Shown: positions 32,691-42,764, counted from the first letter of the stretch. The stretch: 64,000 nt of DNA from an uncultured bacterium (GCA_963727525.1 CAVSGO010000007.1:64001-128000); one strand, 5' to 3'. Translations and numbers: made by a program. The notes: a model not told the origin generated them from the letters alone.

Positions 32691-32798
32691 ACTAAAATGA
32701 GTATTTCCGGATAAGGTAGGAGGGCTATCCAATTTGCTCACACGCGCCGTCCGATCTCGCCGGCGCGGATGCAGTGATCCTGCCACAGGAGTTGGCCC

Positions 32799-34562
32799 AT
32801 GGAATCCCGCCTGACCATCGGTAACAGACTCGCCTTCGGTCTGTGCTTCCTCATCGTGCTCATCGTTGTTGCCGGCGCGTTCGGTATCGCGAGCTTGCAC
32901 CAGCTCGGAGCGGCGGCCGATGTCGCGTTGGACCGCAATCAGATGGTCGCCCGCTTCGCCCGCATGGAAATCGATCACCTCGACTGGGTCAACAAGGTCG
33001 GCGCCGCGGTAACCGATTCCGCAGTGGCCGAGGTCGGCGTGCAGACCGACGACCACAAGTGCGCTTTTGGCCAATGGCTCTATGGACAGGACCGGATCGT
33101 CGCCGAAGCGGCTGTACCAGCCCTCGTCCGGCCGCTGAAGGAGATCGAGGGGTACCATGCGCATCTGCACGCATCCGCGCTTGCCATACAGAGAGCATTG
33201 CGCGACGAGAACGGCGGTCGACAGGCCGCTATCGCGGTATTCAACGCCGAGACCAAGGTGAATCTCGCTCATATCCAGCGGATCCTTGGCCAATCACGTG
33301 ATGAGCTTTCGCAACTTGGCGAGCGAGCCGGCGCGGATCTCCAGACCATCAAGAGCCGCGCCCAGAAGCGTTTGGTTGCTGCCGTCTGTGCCGCCTTGCT
33401 GGGTTCGGGTGTTCTGGTGGTGGTGATCCGGCGCGGCACGATACGGGTTCTCCAGACAATGACCCAGAACCTCGGTCAAGGCGCGGATCAGGTCTCGAGT
33501 GCGAGCCAGCAGATCGCCATGGCCAGCCAGGATCTGGCCATGAATAGCAGTCAGCAAGCCGCGGGTGTGGAGTCCTCGGTGCAGGCTGTGAAGCAGATCG
33601 CCGAATCCATCGGGTCGAATGCGCAGTACGCGCGCGAGGCCATGGAGATCGCGTCGAAGACGAGCACGAGTATCGAGAACGGCGTGGATGCGATCAATCG
33701 CATGGATGGGGCCATCCAGGATATCAGGAGTTCGGCCGACCAGACGGCCAAGATCCTGCAGACCATCGACGAGATCGCGTTCCAGACCAATCTCTTGGCC
33801 CTCAATGCCGCCGTCGAAGCCGCGCGAGCGGGTGACGCCGGCAAGGGATTCGCCGTGGTCGCCGAGGAAGTGCGGAACCTGGCTCGACGTTCGGCCGAAG
33901 CATCGGGAACCACGTCCGAGATGATCGGTGATTCCGTGAAGCGAGCGGAACGGGGTGTCGCCATCTGCGACGAGGTCAAGTCGCGCCTCGACGAGATCAC
34001 CACGGCGTCGAACCAGCTCCACAGCCGCGTGACGTCCATCGCTGAGGCCAGCGACCAGCAGGCCAGCGAGATCGTGAGCATCAGCAGCGCCATTGTCACC
34101 ATCGACAATCACACTCAGGCCAACGCGGCGAGCGCCGAGGAAACGGCCTCGGCCAGCGAGGAACTCGCCGCGCAAGCCACGCACCTCACCCGGACCATCG
34201 TGGAGCTTCGCAAGCTGGCCGATCTCGGCGGGAGCGAATCGCTGAGCGTAGCGTACGACAGGGCACCTGCGCGACTCCCTGCCCGCAAGGTCACCAGGCG
34301 AGCATCGGCGGTGGCAGCGACCGGTCCCAACTGCTGGGACGTCAAGAACTGCGGGCGTATCCCGGGCGGCGACAAGGTTGCCGAGTTCGGCACTTGCCCC
34401 GCGTATCCCGACAAGGGCCGCGACTGCTGGGCCGTCGCCGGGACCTTCTGCGGCGGCAAGGTACAGGGTTCCCTGGCCCAGAAGCTGGGCAACTGCATGG
34501 ACTGCAACTTCTACAAGCAGGTCAACGAGCAAGGGACCGCCGCCACTCTGCTGACGCTCTAG
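32799..34562 (+). CDS. methyl-accepting chemotaxis protein with CZB domain and C-terminal Cys-rich two-CW domain
   Basis: [79 protein letters not shown]. Confidence 0.93.
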   Translation: MESRLTIGNRLAFGLCFLIVLIVVAGAFGIASLHQLGAAADVALDRNQMVARFARMEIDHLDWVNKVGAAVTDSAVAEVGVQTDDHKCAFGQWLYGQDRIVAEAAVPALVRPLKEIEGYHAHLHASALAIQRALRDENGGRQAAIAVFNAETKVNLAHIQRILGQSRDELSQLGERAGADLQTIKSRAQKRLVAAVCAALLGSGVLVVVIRRGTIRVLQTMTQNLGQGADQVSSASQQIAMASQDLAMNSSQQAAGVESSVQAVKQIAESIGSNAQYAREAMEIASKTSTSIENGVDAINRMDGAIQDIRSSADQTAKILQTIDEIAFQTNLLALNAAVEAARAGDAGKGFAVVAEEVRNLARRSAEASGTTSEMIGDSVKRAERGVAICDEVKSRLDEITTASNQLHSRVTSIAEASDQQASEIVSISSAIVTIDNHTQANAASAEETASASEELAAQATHLTRTIVELRKLADLGGSESLSVAYDRAPARLPARKVTRRASAVAATGPNCWDVKNCGRIPGGDKVAEFGTCPAYPDKGRDCWAVAGTFCGGKVQGSLAQKLGNCMDCNFYKQVNEQGTAATLLTL

Positions 34563-34691
34563 AGGCGCGAGGTTCACAGGCGATTCTCGCGCGCTCGCCC
34601 GGCGAACATGTGGAAAAATCGAGCCCGCGAGCCGGGGCGCTGAGGGAGACGGGGTTGGAAGACGTGGTCTGTTTTTCCTATACCCATACCC
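34563..34691 (+). mobile_element. IS91/ISCR-like oriIS-end remnant (copy F)
   Basis: GAGGTTCACAGGCGATTCTCGCGCG...GAAGACGTGGTCTGTTTTTCCTATACCC starts right after the MCP stop codon. Confidence 0.8.
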
Positions 34692-34801
34692 TGATGCAAA
34701 TGCGAATCATGTACGCCTGGCGGGCTGCGGCGCAGACGGCAGCGCGGTGGGCAGGAATTCGTCTCTGGATCAAGAACACCTGGGCGCAACCGCAGCGACG
34801 C

Positions 34802-35092
34802 TCAGATCTGATCCCATACGGCCGTGGCCCAGACGAGCACGCTGTCGCGCGCTGCCGGCTGCGCCCTCGTGGCAGCCAGGCGGGCGTTCGTGGGGGCCTG
34901 ACCGACGACCCAGGTCAGACCCACCGCCAGGGCGAGCAGAGCCGCGACGGCATAGATTGGGATCCCCCGCCGCCAGAATGGTGGCCGGCCGTGCTGCGCG
35001 CGGTGGGCCGTCAGCACCGCGTGGCGCACGCGCGGGGCGGGGTCGTGGTCGAAGGCCTTCAGCCTGGCTTCGAGATCGTCGTGTTCAGTCAT
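34802..35092 (-). CDS. small single-TM protein, putative anti-sigma factor
   Basis: Overlaps the end of the ECF sigma gene; FWRRGIPIYAVAALLALAVG TM segment. Confidence 0.65.
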   Translation of the reverse strand: MTEHDDLEARLKAFDHDPAPRVRHAVLTAHRAQHGRPPFWRRGIPIYAVAALLALAVGLTWVVGQAPTNARLAATRAQPAARDSVLVWATAVWDQI

Positions 35093-35633
35093 GGCTCGTG
35101 CACTTTCGGTGAGAGTATTCACGCAGCAAGCAGATCGCGTCGTGCATGCGCCGGCGGGCCGTGCCCTCGGGTATGGCGAGCAATTCGGCGATCTCGCCGT
35201 AGGGCAACTCGGCGCCGATGCGCAGGCCGACGACCTGCCGCAGCGGTTCGGGCAGCGTGGCCACGAGGCGCATCAAGGCCACGGAATTCACGGCATCGGC
35301 GACCGGTGGGGCGGCAATCTCCTCGAGAACGGCGGCATCCACCATGGTGACCCGACGAAGCTTGCGCACGTGGTTGCGTCCGACGTTGAGGGTGATCGTG
35401 TAGAGCCAATGCGTGAAGGGATGGCTCGGCTCCCAGGTCGCGAGATGTCGCACGACCCGCAGGAACACGTCCTGGACGAGGTCGTCGAGCATATCGCGGT
35501 CCGGTCCGGCGAACGAGGCGAGGGCCCGCGCCACGCCATGCACATGGCGGTCGTAGAGCGCGGCGAAGGCCGACGTGGAGCCGGTCTGGGCCTCGCGAAC
35601 GAGCTGTTCGTCGCTACCGCTCGGCGCGGTCAT
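35085..35633 (-). CDS. ECF RNA polymerase sigma factor
   Basis: AFAALYDRH, DDLVQDVF, WLYTITLN, LPYGEIAELLAIPEGTARRR. Confidence 0.92.
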   Translation of the reverse strand: MTAPSGSDEQLVREAQTGSTSAFAALYDRHVHGVARALASFAGPDRDMLDDLVQDVFLRVVRHLATWEPSHPFTHWLYTITLNVGRNHVRKLRRVTMVDAAVLEEIAAPPVADAVNSVALMRLVATLPEPLRQVVGLRIGAELPYGEIAELLAIPEGTARRRMHDAICLLREYSHRKCTSHD

Positions 35634-36410
35634 TCGCTGCGCATCTTGTCGATCTCCCAGACCCAGTGCGTCAGGTCGTGGAAGCCGGCGATCGCCATGG
35701 CGCGATCGAGGATCTGGGATCGCGTCGCCTTCTGCACGCCCATCTGCCGGGCGGTGCGGATCATCGCCACGACGTCGTTGCCGATCAACTGGGCTTCGCC
35801 CGGGGCCAGGGACCAGGGTACCGTCCAGTCGGTGGCTGAGTCCAGCCGGTAGGTGTCCAGGAAGAGGCGTGCCGCCGCTTCGGGCGCGAGCCCCTTGCCG
35901 CTGGCGCGGAAGTTCATGCCCTCGATCTGGTCGGGCCGCTTGTAGCCGAAGACATCCTCGGGAACCGACGCGGCGATGTGGACGGACGCCTTCTGTTCGG
36001 CGATCAGGGCCCGCAGGATCGCGAGGGACAGCACTGTCGGCTGGCCGTCCACCATCTTGAGCTCGTGGTGCTCGACATCGACCGCCGGACGCAGGTCCGG
36101 ATGCCGCGCGAATTCGGCCTGGACATACGCCGGCACATTGAGGAGCGACAGGTTGAGTACGACGGCGTCACGCCGCAGATCCATGCCAGCCTGAAGTGCG
36201 AGGGGTGCAAAGGTGTCGTTGTCGCCGCTGGTGATCAGGACCGCGCCCGGCGGCAAGCCTATCAGCATGTTGTAGCCATAATCCTGCAGAGGACGCGAGA
36301 TGACGCTGCGCTCGTGGACGGTCTTGTAGACCTGATCAGCGAGTTCGAGCTTGCCGGCGCGCAGATACGCGGAAGCCAGCATGGTCAGGCCATTGCCGTA
36401 GTCCGCACCG
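35630..36410 (-). pseudogene. 5'-truncated DUF2723-like protein
   Basis: DYGYNML..LPPGAVLITSGDNDTFAP..LNLSLL; the frame runs up to the oxidoreductase stop with no clear RBS. Confidence 0.55.
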
Positions 36411-36413
36411 GTC

Positions 36414-37175
36414 CTAGAAAGGATTGAGCGACCGGTTCAGGGCGATGACCTGAGCATGAACATCGGCATAGGCCGGATTGTCAGCGAAGAGCACAGGGTA
36501 TTTCTCGCGCCATTCCGTATCCCGTATCCGTTCAGCCCTGCCCTTGACGGCAGCCCGGAGCCCCTCGAGCGTTCTGGCCGCGCCATAGTCGCAGCAATAG
36601 GCAGGGGTCGAGGGCTGCTGCCGCCATGAGTCCGCCAGAGAACCACCATCGACCGGATCAAACCCCATCTCGTCCACCAATCCCATCACGACCTGCTTGC
36701 CTCGGGCATTGTCGCCGGCTACGGGAAGCGCCAGCCGTTCCGGAGAGCCTGCGGGCCGTCCCAATTCGGAAAGCGCGTAGTACATGATGCTGTTGAACGC
36801 CTTGAAGATGGAACGGCCTAGCTGCTTTGCGACCCAGAGGCTTTCGGCCAGGCCAGCGTCGATCTCTGGGATGCGGGGGTCGCGCACATCGGGATAGTAA
36901 TTCGCGGTATCAATGATGACGACATCTCCCGCTGCCCTGTCGAACAGGGCACGCGGCAATGTCGCCACGGCAGGGAAGGGCATGGCCAGAACCACGACCT
37001 CGGCACCGTCCACGGCCCCGTGGATATCGGCGGCCACGGCGCCAATCTGATCCGCAAAATCCCTCACCGCCTCCTCGCCGCGCGAGTTGGCGACACGCAA
37101 CCTGTGGCCAGTCCTGCGCAAACTCGCCGCAATGGTTCCGCCCATTTCGCCAATGCCGATCACACCGATTTCCAC
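36414..37175 (-). CDS. F420-dependent NADP oxidoreductase family protein
   Basis: IGVIGIGEMG Rossmann motif, ANSRG, IDTANYYP, KAFN, GFDPVDGG. Confidence 0.9.
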   Translation of the reverse strand: MEIGVIGIGEMGGTIAASLRRTGHRLRVANSRGEEAVRDFADQIGAVAADIHGAVDGAEVVVLAMPFPAVATLPRALFDRAAGDVVIIDTANYYPDVRDPRIPEIDAGLAESLWVAKQLGRSIFKAFNSIMYYALSELGRPAGSPERLALPVAGDNARGKQVVMGLVDEMGFDPVDGGSLADSWRQQPSTPAYCCDYGAARTLEGLRAAVKGRAERIRDTEWREKYPVLFADNPAYADVHAQVIALNRSLNPF

Positions 37176-37214
37176 CGTATCACCTTTCGCTTGTGGTATC
37201 GCCGTGCCGCAGGA

Positions 37215-37685
37215 TCACGAGGTCTTGGGCTTGGCGAAGACGTCGATCCCTTCGCCGGTTTCCAGCAGGGATTTCAGGCTGGAGAGAACGACTGGCCAGC
37301 CGTTGCTGACGCCGGTGGCCATGCCGCTGCCCGCGATCAGGTCGTCGTGGGTGACGGTCAACCGGACCATATCTTCGTATTCAACGATCTCGAAGGTCAC
37401 GCGGCTGTAGCTGGCAGGGTCGTCAGCTTGCGAGGCATTTGCCCAGGAGATGACGAGGCGGGACGGTGGTGCAACCTCGATCACCTTGCCGACAAGTGCG
37501 ACGCTGCGCGTATCATTCGCGCGGATGTGTTCCCATTTCGATCCGGGCTGCCAATCGGATACATTCTCGTGGCCCCAGTAGCGCCTTGCGATATCGGGCT
37601 TTGTGATGGCCGCGAACACCTTTTCCGGGGTCGAGCGGATATAGGTCACATAGACAAAGCTTATCTTTTCCGTCGTCATCATCAT
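37215..37685 (-). CDS. SRPBCC/AHSA1 family protein
   Basis: YVTYIRSTPEKVFAAIT..SDW.PGS.W..P.RLVISW..GWP.VLSSLKSLLETG. Confidence 0.9.
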   Translation of the reverse strand: MMMTTEKISFVYVTYIRSTPEKVFAAITKPDIARRYWGHENVSDWQPGSKWEHIRANDTRSVALVGKVIEVAPPSRLVISWANASQADDPASYSRVTFEIVEYEDMVRLTVTHDDLIAGSGMATGVSNGWPVVLSSLKSLLETGEGIDVFAKPKTS

Positions 37686-37996
37686 TCTCCCTCGAGTTCA
37701 TTTTTCAGATCGTTCAGCAGAACCAGACGCTGAACCTCGAATTTTTGGACCCAGCGTTCGTAAACCTCGTGCAAGGGTACGGGGTTGATGAAGTGCAGTT
37801 TTTCCCTTCCACGTCTGACCGTGCTCACCAGATTGGCATCCTCCAGTATCCCCAGGTGCTGCGTGACGGATTGGCGAGCCATGGCCAGGTTCGCGCAGAG
37901 TTGGCCAAGCGTCTGGCCGTTTCGTTCACACAGAAGATCCAGGAGTTTTCTGCGTGTCGGGTCGCCCAGTGCTTTGAAGACCTTGTCTGCATGCAT
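37682..37996 (-). CDS. ArsR/SmtB family transcriptional regulator
   Basis: VFKALGDPTRRKLLDLL..RQSVTQHL..L.DANLV..RGREK; GAGGAGG RBS. Confidence 0.92.
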   Translation of the reverse strand: MHADKVFKALGDPTRRKLLDLLCERNGQTLGQLCANLAMARQSVTQHLGILEDANLVSTVRRGREKLHFINPVPLHEVYERWVQKFEVQRLVLLNDLKNELEGE

Positions 37997-38017
37997 TGAT
38001 CCTCCTCATGGTTGATG

Positions 38018-38047
38018 ACAATATGCAGGCGTATGCCTGCATGTCAA
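38018..38047 (-). promoter_or_regulatory. promoter with palindromic ArsR-type operator
   Basis: Minus strand TTGACA-18 bp-TATTGT; palindrome ATGCAGGC-GTAT-GCCTGCAT at 38023-38042. Confidence 0.7.
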
Positions 38048-38113
38048 GTGGCCGCGAATACTTCAGGGAAACCGCCGCCATTCCGCAATCGGTTAACGAT
38101 GTGGCCCGGGGGC

Positions 38114-38175
38114 GAGAGCTGAGAACCCCGGACCTGAGACCGCACAGCAACAAGGCCAGGCAGTCGGCCGATGGG
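38114..38175 (+). repeat. internal non-coding piece of the IS91-like element (copy G)
   Basis: GAGAGCTGAGAACCCCGGACCTGAGACCGCACAGCA..CAGTCGGCCGATGGG matches 14099-14160 and 32161-32222. Confidence 0.8.
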
Positions 38176-38357
38176 AAATCCCCATGAAGCCAGCGGTCTC
38201 GGTGTTTGACGAGAGATCCGCCGGGATCCCGAAGATGACCATGGCAACCGTCCATTCCCTCCGATCCTCGATTTCTTTATTGTGATGTCATCGCCTCGAC
38301 CGCGGACGGAGCGCGGGAAAGGCGCGATTACATTCCGAACGTCAAGGGGGACTGATC

Positions 38358-40640
38358 ATGAGCCACTCGATACGAAAAAGACCGGGACGCCAGCTGTACT
38401 GGCAGGTTCTGCTGGTCGGCGCCGCCATGCTGCTGCCGGCGCTCACCCGTGCCGACACCTGGGATGGCCGCTTCCACACTCGCGGCATCGACGGTATCGC
38501 TCAGGCCGATGCCACCTACGGCAGTGATCTCATCGTCGGCGGTAACATCACCGCGGCCGGCGAGGTGGTGGTCGCCAACGTGGCGCGTTGGGACGGTGCG
38601 CAGTGGCATGCGCCCGGCGACGGCCTGAACGGTACCGTCCGCCGGTTGCTGGTGATGGACGGCGATCTGTACGCTTGCGGGGACTTCACCCAGTCCGGAC
38701 CCGTCACCGTCAACCATGTGGCGCGCTGGGATGGCGTGCAGTGGCATGCCGTCGGCGCGGGGTTGCCCATCGCTCCACTCGCCATGGCCGTGTACGACGG
38801 CGCGCTCTGGTGTGCGGGCTGGCGGTACGATGGCGCCGCGTGGAGCGAGGTCGTCGCCACGAACGGCTATGTGCGCGACCTCATCGTCAGCGACGACCAG
38901 CTCGTCTTCGGTGGCAGCTTCACCACCGCCGGCGGTATGGCCGCCAGCTACGCCGCCGCCTGGGACGGCACGCAGGTGACGGCCATGGTCGGCCAGCCGC
39001 GCGCGATCCTCGATCTCGAGGTCGTGGCCGGTCAGCTCTACGCACTCGGCCTGGACGTGTACGGTGAGGGCGCCCCCGTGACAGCCTGGGACGGAGCCGC
39101 ATGGCCCGTGGTGGGTGACCTGCCCGACGATTACATGAGCCACTACTTGCGGCTCATGAACCAGGGTGGCCAGTTGCGGATGATGGCCAGCGTGTCGCCG
39201 GGCATCCCGCCCATCTGGTGGACCGACATCGCCACCTGGGACGGCCAGTCGTGGACCTGGCTCGACGAGACCTACTTCATGGCCGATTCTCGGCACTGCT
39301 TCGTCTACGACGGCGACCTGGTGCTGAGCGGCCCGTTCTCGTTGCTCGGATCCACCATTGCCCACGGCATCGGCCGCCTCACCGCCGCTGGCCCCGTCGC
39401 GCTCGGAACCGGCGGCGACGGATTCGGCGGTACGGCTTCGTGGCTATCGGACCTCTGTGCCACGCCCGACGGCGTGGTGGTTAGTGGCAGTTTCGACTCC
39501 GTCGGGCCGGTGGTCACCGGGGCCGCCGCGCTCTGGGACGGCGCGTTCTGGCAACCGCGCGCGGATCCCTACGCCACCATTGAGCGTCTGGTCTACCATG
39601 CCGGCGAATTGCATGCCTTCTTCTGGTCCGGTGACGTGGTCACGAACAACCACATGGTCTGGACCGGGACCGCCTGGGATTACCGCGAAACCTGGGTCTC
39701 CGGCGGCCTGCCCAACGACGCGCTGTCGTACGGCGGTCACTTGCTGACCGCGAAGTGGGATATCGCGGATTGGTCATCGTCGCCCGCGCCCGCGATCTTC
39801 GCCAGCGTCGACGGTGCCGTCTACAGCCTCCTGGACTGGAGCGGTGACCTCGTGGCAGGAGGTGACTTCGTGCAGGTCGAGGACGCGCCGTCCGCGAACC
39901 TGGCGATCCTGCACGACGGCGCGTGGAGCGAGCTGGCCGGCGGTGTCGTAGGCATCGTGAAGGACGCGATCGTGCACGATGGCCACCTCGTGATCGGCGG
40001 CATCCTCACCGCGGCCGGCGGCGTAACGGTGGCTGAGGTCGCCACGCTCGTGGACGGCGAATGGCAGCCGCTGGGCGACCAGCTCGACGGCGAGGTCGAC
40101 GTGCTCGCCAGCTACGGCGGCCTCGTCTACGCCGGCGGGGATTTCAGCGTGGCCGGCGACGCGGGACGCAATTTTGCGCGCTGGAACGGCCACGTCTGGC
40201 ACATCGTGGGCGGCGGTGCCAACCGGCCAGTCACGGATATGGTCGTGTTCGACGACAAGCTCCATCTCGCCGGCGAGTTCAGCGTCGTGGGCCATGTGCC
40301 GGCGGCGCGTTTCGCGATCTGGGACGGCAGCACCATCCTGCCGGTGCCGACGTTGCCCTCGGCCGACGTGAGGCTACGCGACGCCGCGCCCAACCCATTC
40401 AATCCGGTCACCACGATCGGCTTTGCGCTCGCCCGCTCCGGCCAGGTGCGCCTCGACGCGTACGACGTGTGTGGTCGCCACGTGCGCACCCTGGTCGATG
40501 GCCGCGTGGACGCGGGCGACCACGCCGCGACCTGGGATGGTCGCGCCGACGATGGGCGCGTCCTCCCGTCGGGCATGTACCTGCTGCGCCTGCAGGCAGG
40601 AAATGAAGTGCGCACAAGTAAGGTGGCTCTGTTGGAGTAG
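38358..40640 (+). CDS. secreted beta-propeller (WDG repeat) protein with FlgD-Ig sorting domain
   Basis: Repeated GG.F..AG...A.WDG..W units; APNPFNP..WDGRADDG..PSGMY. Confidence 0.88.
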   Translation: MSHSIRKRPGRQLYWQVLLVGAAMLLPALTRADTWDGRFHTRGIDGIAQADATYGSDLIVGGNITAAGEVVVANVARWDGAQWHAPGDGLNGTVRRLLVMDGDLYACGDFTQSGPVTVNHVARWDGVQWHAVGAGLPIAPLAMAVYDGALWCAGWRYDGAAWSEVVATNGYVRDLIVSDDQLVFGGSFTTAGGMAASYAAAWDGTQVTAMVGQPRAILDLEVVAGQLYALGLDVYGEGAPVTAWDGAAWPVVGDLPDDYMSHYLRLMNQGGQLRMMASVSPGIPPIWWTDIATWDGQSWTWLDETYFMADSRHCFVYDGDLVLSGPFSLLGSTIAHGIGRLTAAGPVALGTGGDGFGGTASWLSDLCATPDGVVVSGSFDSVGPVVTGAAALWDGAFWQPRADPYATIERLVYHAGELHAFFWSGDVVTNNHMVWTGTAWDYRETWVSGGLPNDALSYGGHLLTAKWDIADWSSSPAPAIFASVDGAVYSLLDWSGDLVAGGDFVQVEDAPSANLAILHDGAWSELAGGVVGIVKDAIVHDGHLVIGGILTAAGGVTVAEVATLVDGEWQPLGDQLDGEVDVLASYGGLVYAGGDFSVAGDAGRNFARWNGHVWHIVGGGANRPVTDMVVFDDKLHLAGEFSVVGHVPAARFAIWDGSTILPVPTLPSADVRLRDAAPNPFNPVTTIGFALARSGQVRLDAYDVCGRHVRTLVDGRVDAGDHAATWDGRADDGRVLPSGMYLLRLQAGNEVRTSKVALLE

Positions 40641-40761
40641 GGTCGCTGCATCGGTACGACGACGGATCACGGTCGTCGAGGGATCTCGTGACCGTGATCC
40701 GTTTCTGGGAATGGTTCTGGCCGTGGCGCCGGCATCACGGCGACGAGGGAATCGGATCGAG

Positions 40762-41319
40762 CTACTTCAGCAGCACGCCTTTCTTGCGCGCGTGATAGTC
40801 GCCCGCGTCGATGGTCATGATGTACGTACCACTGGCCACGGTCGCTCCGTCGTTGTCGGTGCCGTCCCAATTGCGGACGTGGTGACCCGCCGGCAGCGTG
40901 CCTGTCTCCAGCGTGCGCACGAGGCCGCCGCGCAGATCGTACACCGCGAGGCGCACCGTGCCCGCGCGCGGCAGGTCGAAGGCGATCTGCGTGCGCGGGT
41001 TGAAGGGATTCGGCGCCGCATCGTACATGCGGAAGGTAAGGGGCAGCACCGTCTCGTCGGGCAGCGGCTCGTCGCCCACGCCCGTGGCCAACAGGCCGCT
41101 GTACCAGAAGCCGCCCTGGATCGCGTAGATGCCGCCCATGGCGGTACCGGCGTCGGGCTGGCCCGCCGTGCCACCGAGGGAGTAGATGCCGCCGGCGCTC
41201 GGCGTCGCGCCACCGCCGTCGATGGTGCTCCAGGAGAGATCATAGATGCCGCCGGATTGGGCGGACGCAACCGATGCGCACAGCCCGAGAATCAGCAGCG
41301 TGATCAGGATTCTCGTCAT
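40762..41319 (-). CDS. small secreted 'SWSTIDGGG' protein with FlgD-Ig sorting domain
   Basis: GAGG RBS, signal peptide, YDLSWSTIDGGG..SLGGTAGQPDAG..GGFW, APNPFNP..WDGTD. Confidence 0.85.
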   Translation of the reverse strand: MTRILITLLILGLCASVASAQSGGIYDLSWSTIDGGGATPSAGGIYSLGGTAGQPDAGTAMGGIYAIQGGFWYSGLLATGVGDEPLPDETVLPLTFRMYDAAPNPFNPRTQIAFDLPRAGTVRLAVYDLRGGLVRTLETGTLPAGHHVRNWDGTDNDGATVASGTYIMTIDAGDYHARKKGVLLK

Positions 41320-41333
41320 GGTCCCGCCTCCTC

Positions 41334-42764
41334 TCAGTGAATGTTGACGAAGACCGGGACCGTATCGCGACCACTGGCGTCGGCCAGCGCCACGCCCACC
41401 ACGGGCGCACTCTCGCTCACGGACATGCCATTGATCGACACGACCCGCAGCGCGCGCACGCCGCCGTCGGTGTCGCTGGCCGTCAGACGCGCGCCCTTGG
41501 CGATCGCCGCGCCGCGCTGCACGCGCACGTCGGTCACGCCCTGGGTCACGAGCTCGACGTAGTCGCCGCTGCGCGCGGGGCCGTCGGTCGGCATGAGGAT
41601 CATCTCGTGCTCGGTCTCCTTGCCCGGCGCCACCTGCCACTCCATGCGGCTGGCGACGACGCCAATCACGCCGCTTGCGTCGCGACCGGCGCGCCGGACC
41701 AGTGCCAGACGATTGGTGCCACCGTCGAGGGGACGGTCGACACCACTGGCGACGACCACGTCGCCGGGCGTGAGCGCGTCGGGGCCGTCGACCCGGGCGA
41801 AGACATTCTGCGCCGTGAACGCCACGTTGCCCGCCGCGATGTTGTCAGAGGTGAAAAGGGCGTAGTTGCCGGAGACCTGGGCGGTGGCGATCAGGAGGCA
41901 GGTGTTCGGGACACCCGGGCTGGGGATGTAGACGCCGTAATTGGGGTAGTCCGTGGCGTTACCGATCTGGGCGCCATCGTCCGAGGTGGCATTGATCCGC
42001 AGACCGTCGGTCGTGGACGTGGACTGGATCTCGAGACCGCCGCCACTGGGTACGAACAGGCGATCGCCGCCGTTGTAGAGGTGCCACTCGCTCGTCCCGC
42101 CGTCGAGGTAGGTCCAGGCGTGGGCCAAGCCGCCGGTGGCATAGCCGTAGAACGGCCAGCCGGTGGCATCCATGGTGTTGATGTACATGCCGCCGTAGAT
42201 ACCGGCGCCAGTCGGCGTCTGGACGCCAAACGACTCGTTGCTCGTGATCTGGGTACTCCGACCAATACCGACGAACCCGCTGGTTTCGTTCGAATAGACG
42301 TTCGGCATGGCCAGCGCATAGGGCGCCGGATTGAGCTTCTGGCGCGGCGAGAGCAGCGTGTAAGCGCCGCCCGCGCCCGGCCGGACGCTGATCTCGAGCC
42401 AGCGGGCGCCGTTGCCGAAGGCGCTGGTGCCGAAATTGAGTTCCACGGTGAAGCGACCGTCGGCCACCACCGCGTTGTCGACGACGAACGTCGCACCGAT
42501 CTGGGTGCCGCCGCCCGCCGCGTCCATCAAGCGGAACGAGAGATCGAAGAGGCCGTCGGCCGGTGAACCGGAGGTGAGCAGGCGGCCCTGATAGGTGAAG
42601 GCGGTGCCCACGACGACCGGCGGCGTGACGTTGCCGGATACGGCCATGGGTTGGTTGATCGCGGGCAGCATGTCCGCGGCCAGAGCCGGCAACGCGGCCG
42701 ACAAGGAGACGAGCATGACGACCACCGCAGGAGTCGTCACGTGATGCATTGAACGCTTGATCAT
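41334..42764 (-). CDS. secreted 'TAFTYQGRL' fibre/adhesin-like protein
   Basis: AGGAGG RBS before MIKRS; TAFTYQGRL..G.FD.SFRL..FTVELNFG..RWLEI.V..LSPRQ.L..APYA; C-terminal PGDVV..VIGVV..G..LTAS..VGVAL. Confidence 0.8.
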   Translation of the reverse strand: MIKRSMHHVTTPAVVVMLVSLSAALPALAADMLPAINQPMAVSGNVTPPVVVGTAFTYQGRLLTSGSPADGLFDLSFRLMDAAGGGTQIGATFVVDNAVVADGRFTVELNFGTSAFGNGARWLEISVRPGAGGAYTLLSPRQKLNPAPYALAMPNVYSNETSGFVGIGRSTQITSNESFGVQTPTGAGIYGGMYINTMDATGWPFYGYATGGLAHAWTYLDGGTSEWHLYNGGDRLFVPSGGGLEIQSTSTTDGLRINATSDDGAQIGNATDYPNYGVYIPSPGVPNTCLLIATAQVSGNYALFTSDNIAAGNVAFTAQNVFARVDGPDALTPGDVVVASGVDRPLDGGTNRLALVRRAGRDASGVIGVVASRMEWQVAPGKETEHEMILMPTDGPARSGDYVELVTQGVTDVRVQRGAAIAKGARLTASDTDGGVRALRVVSINGMSVSESAPVVGVALADASGRDTVPVFVNIH

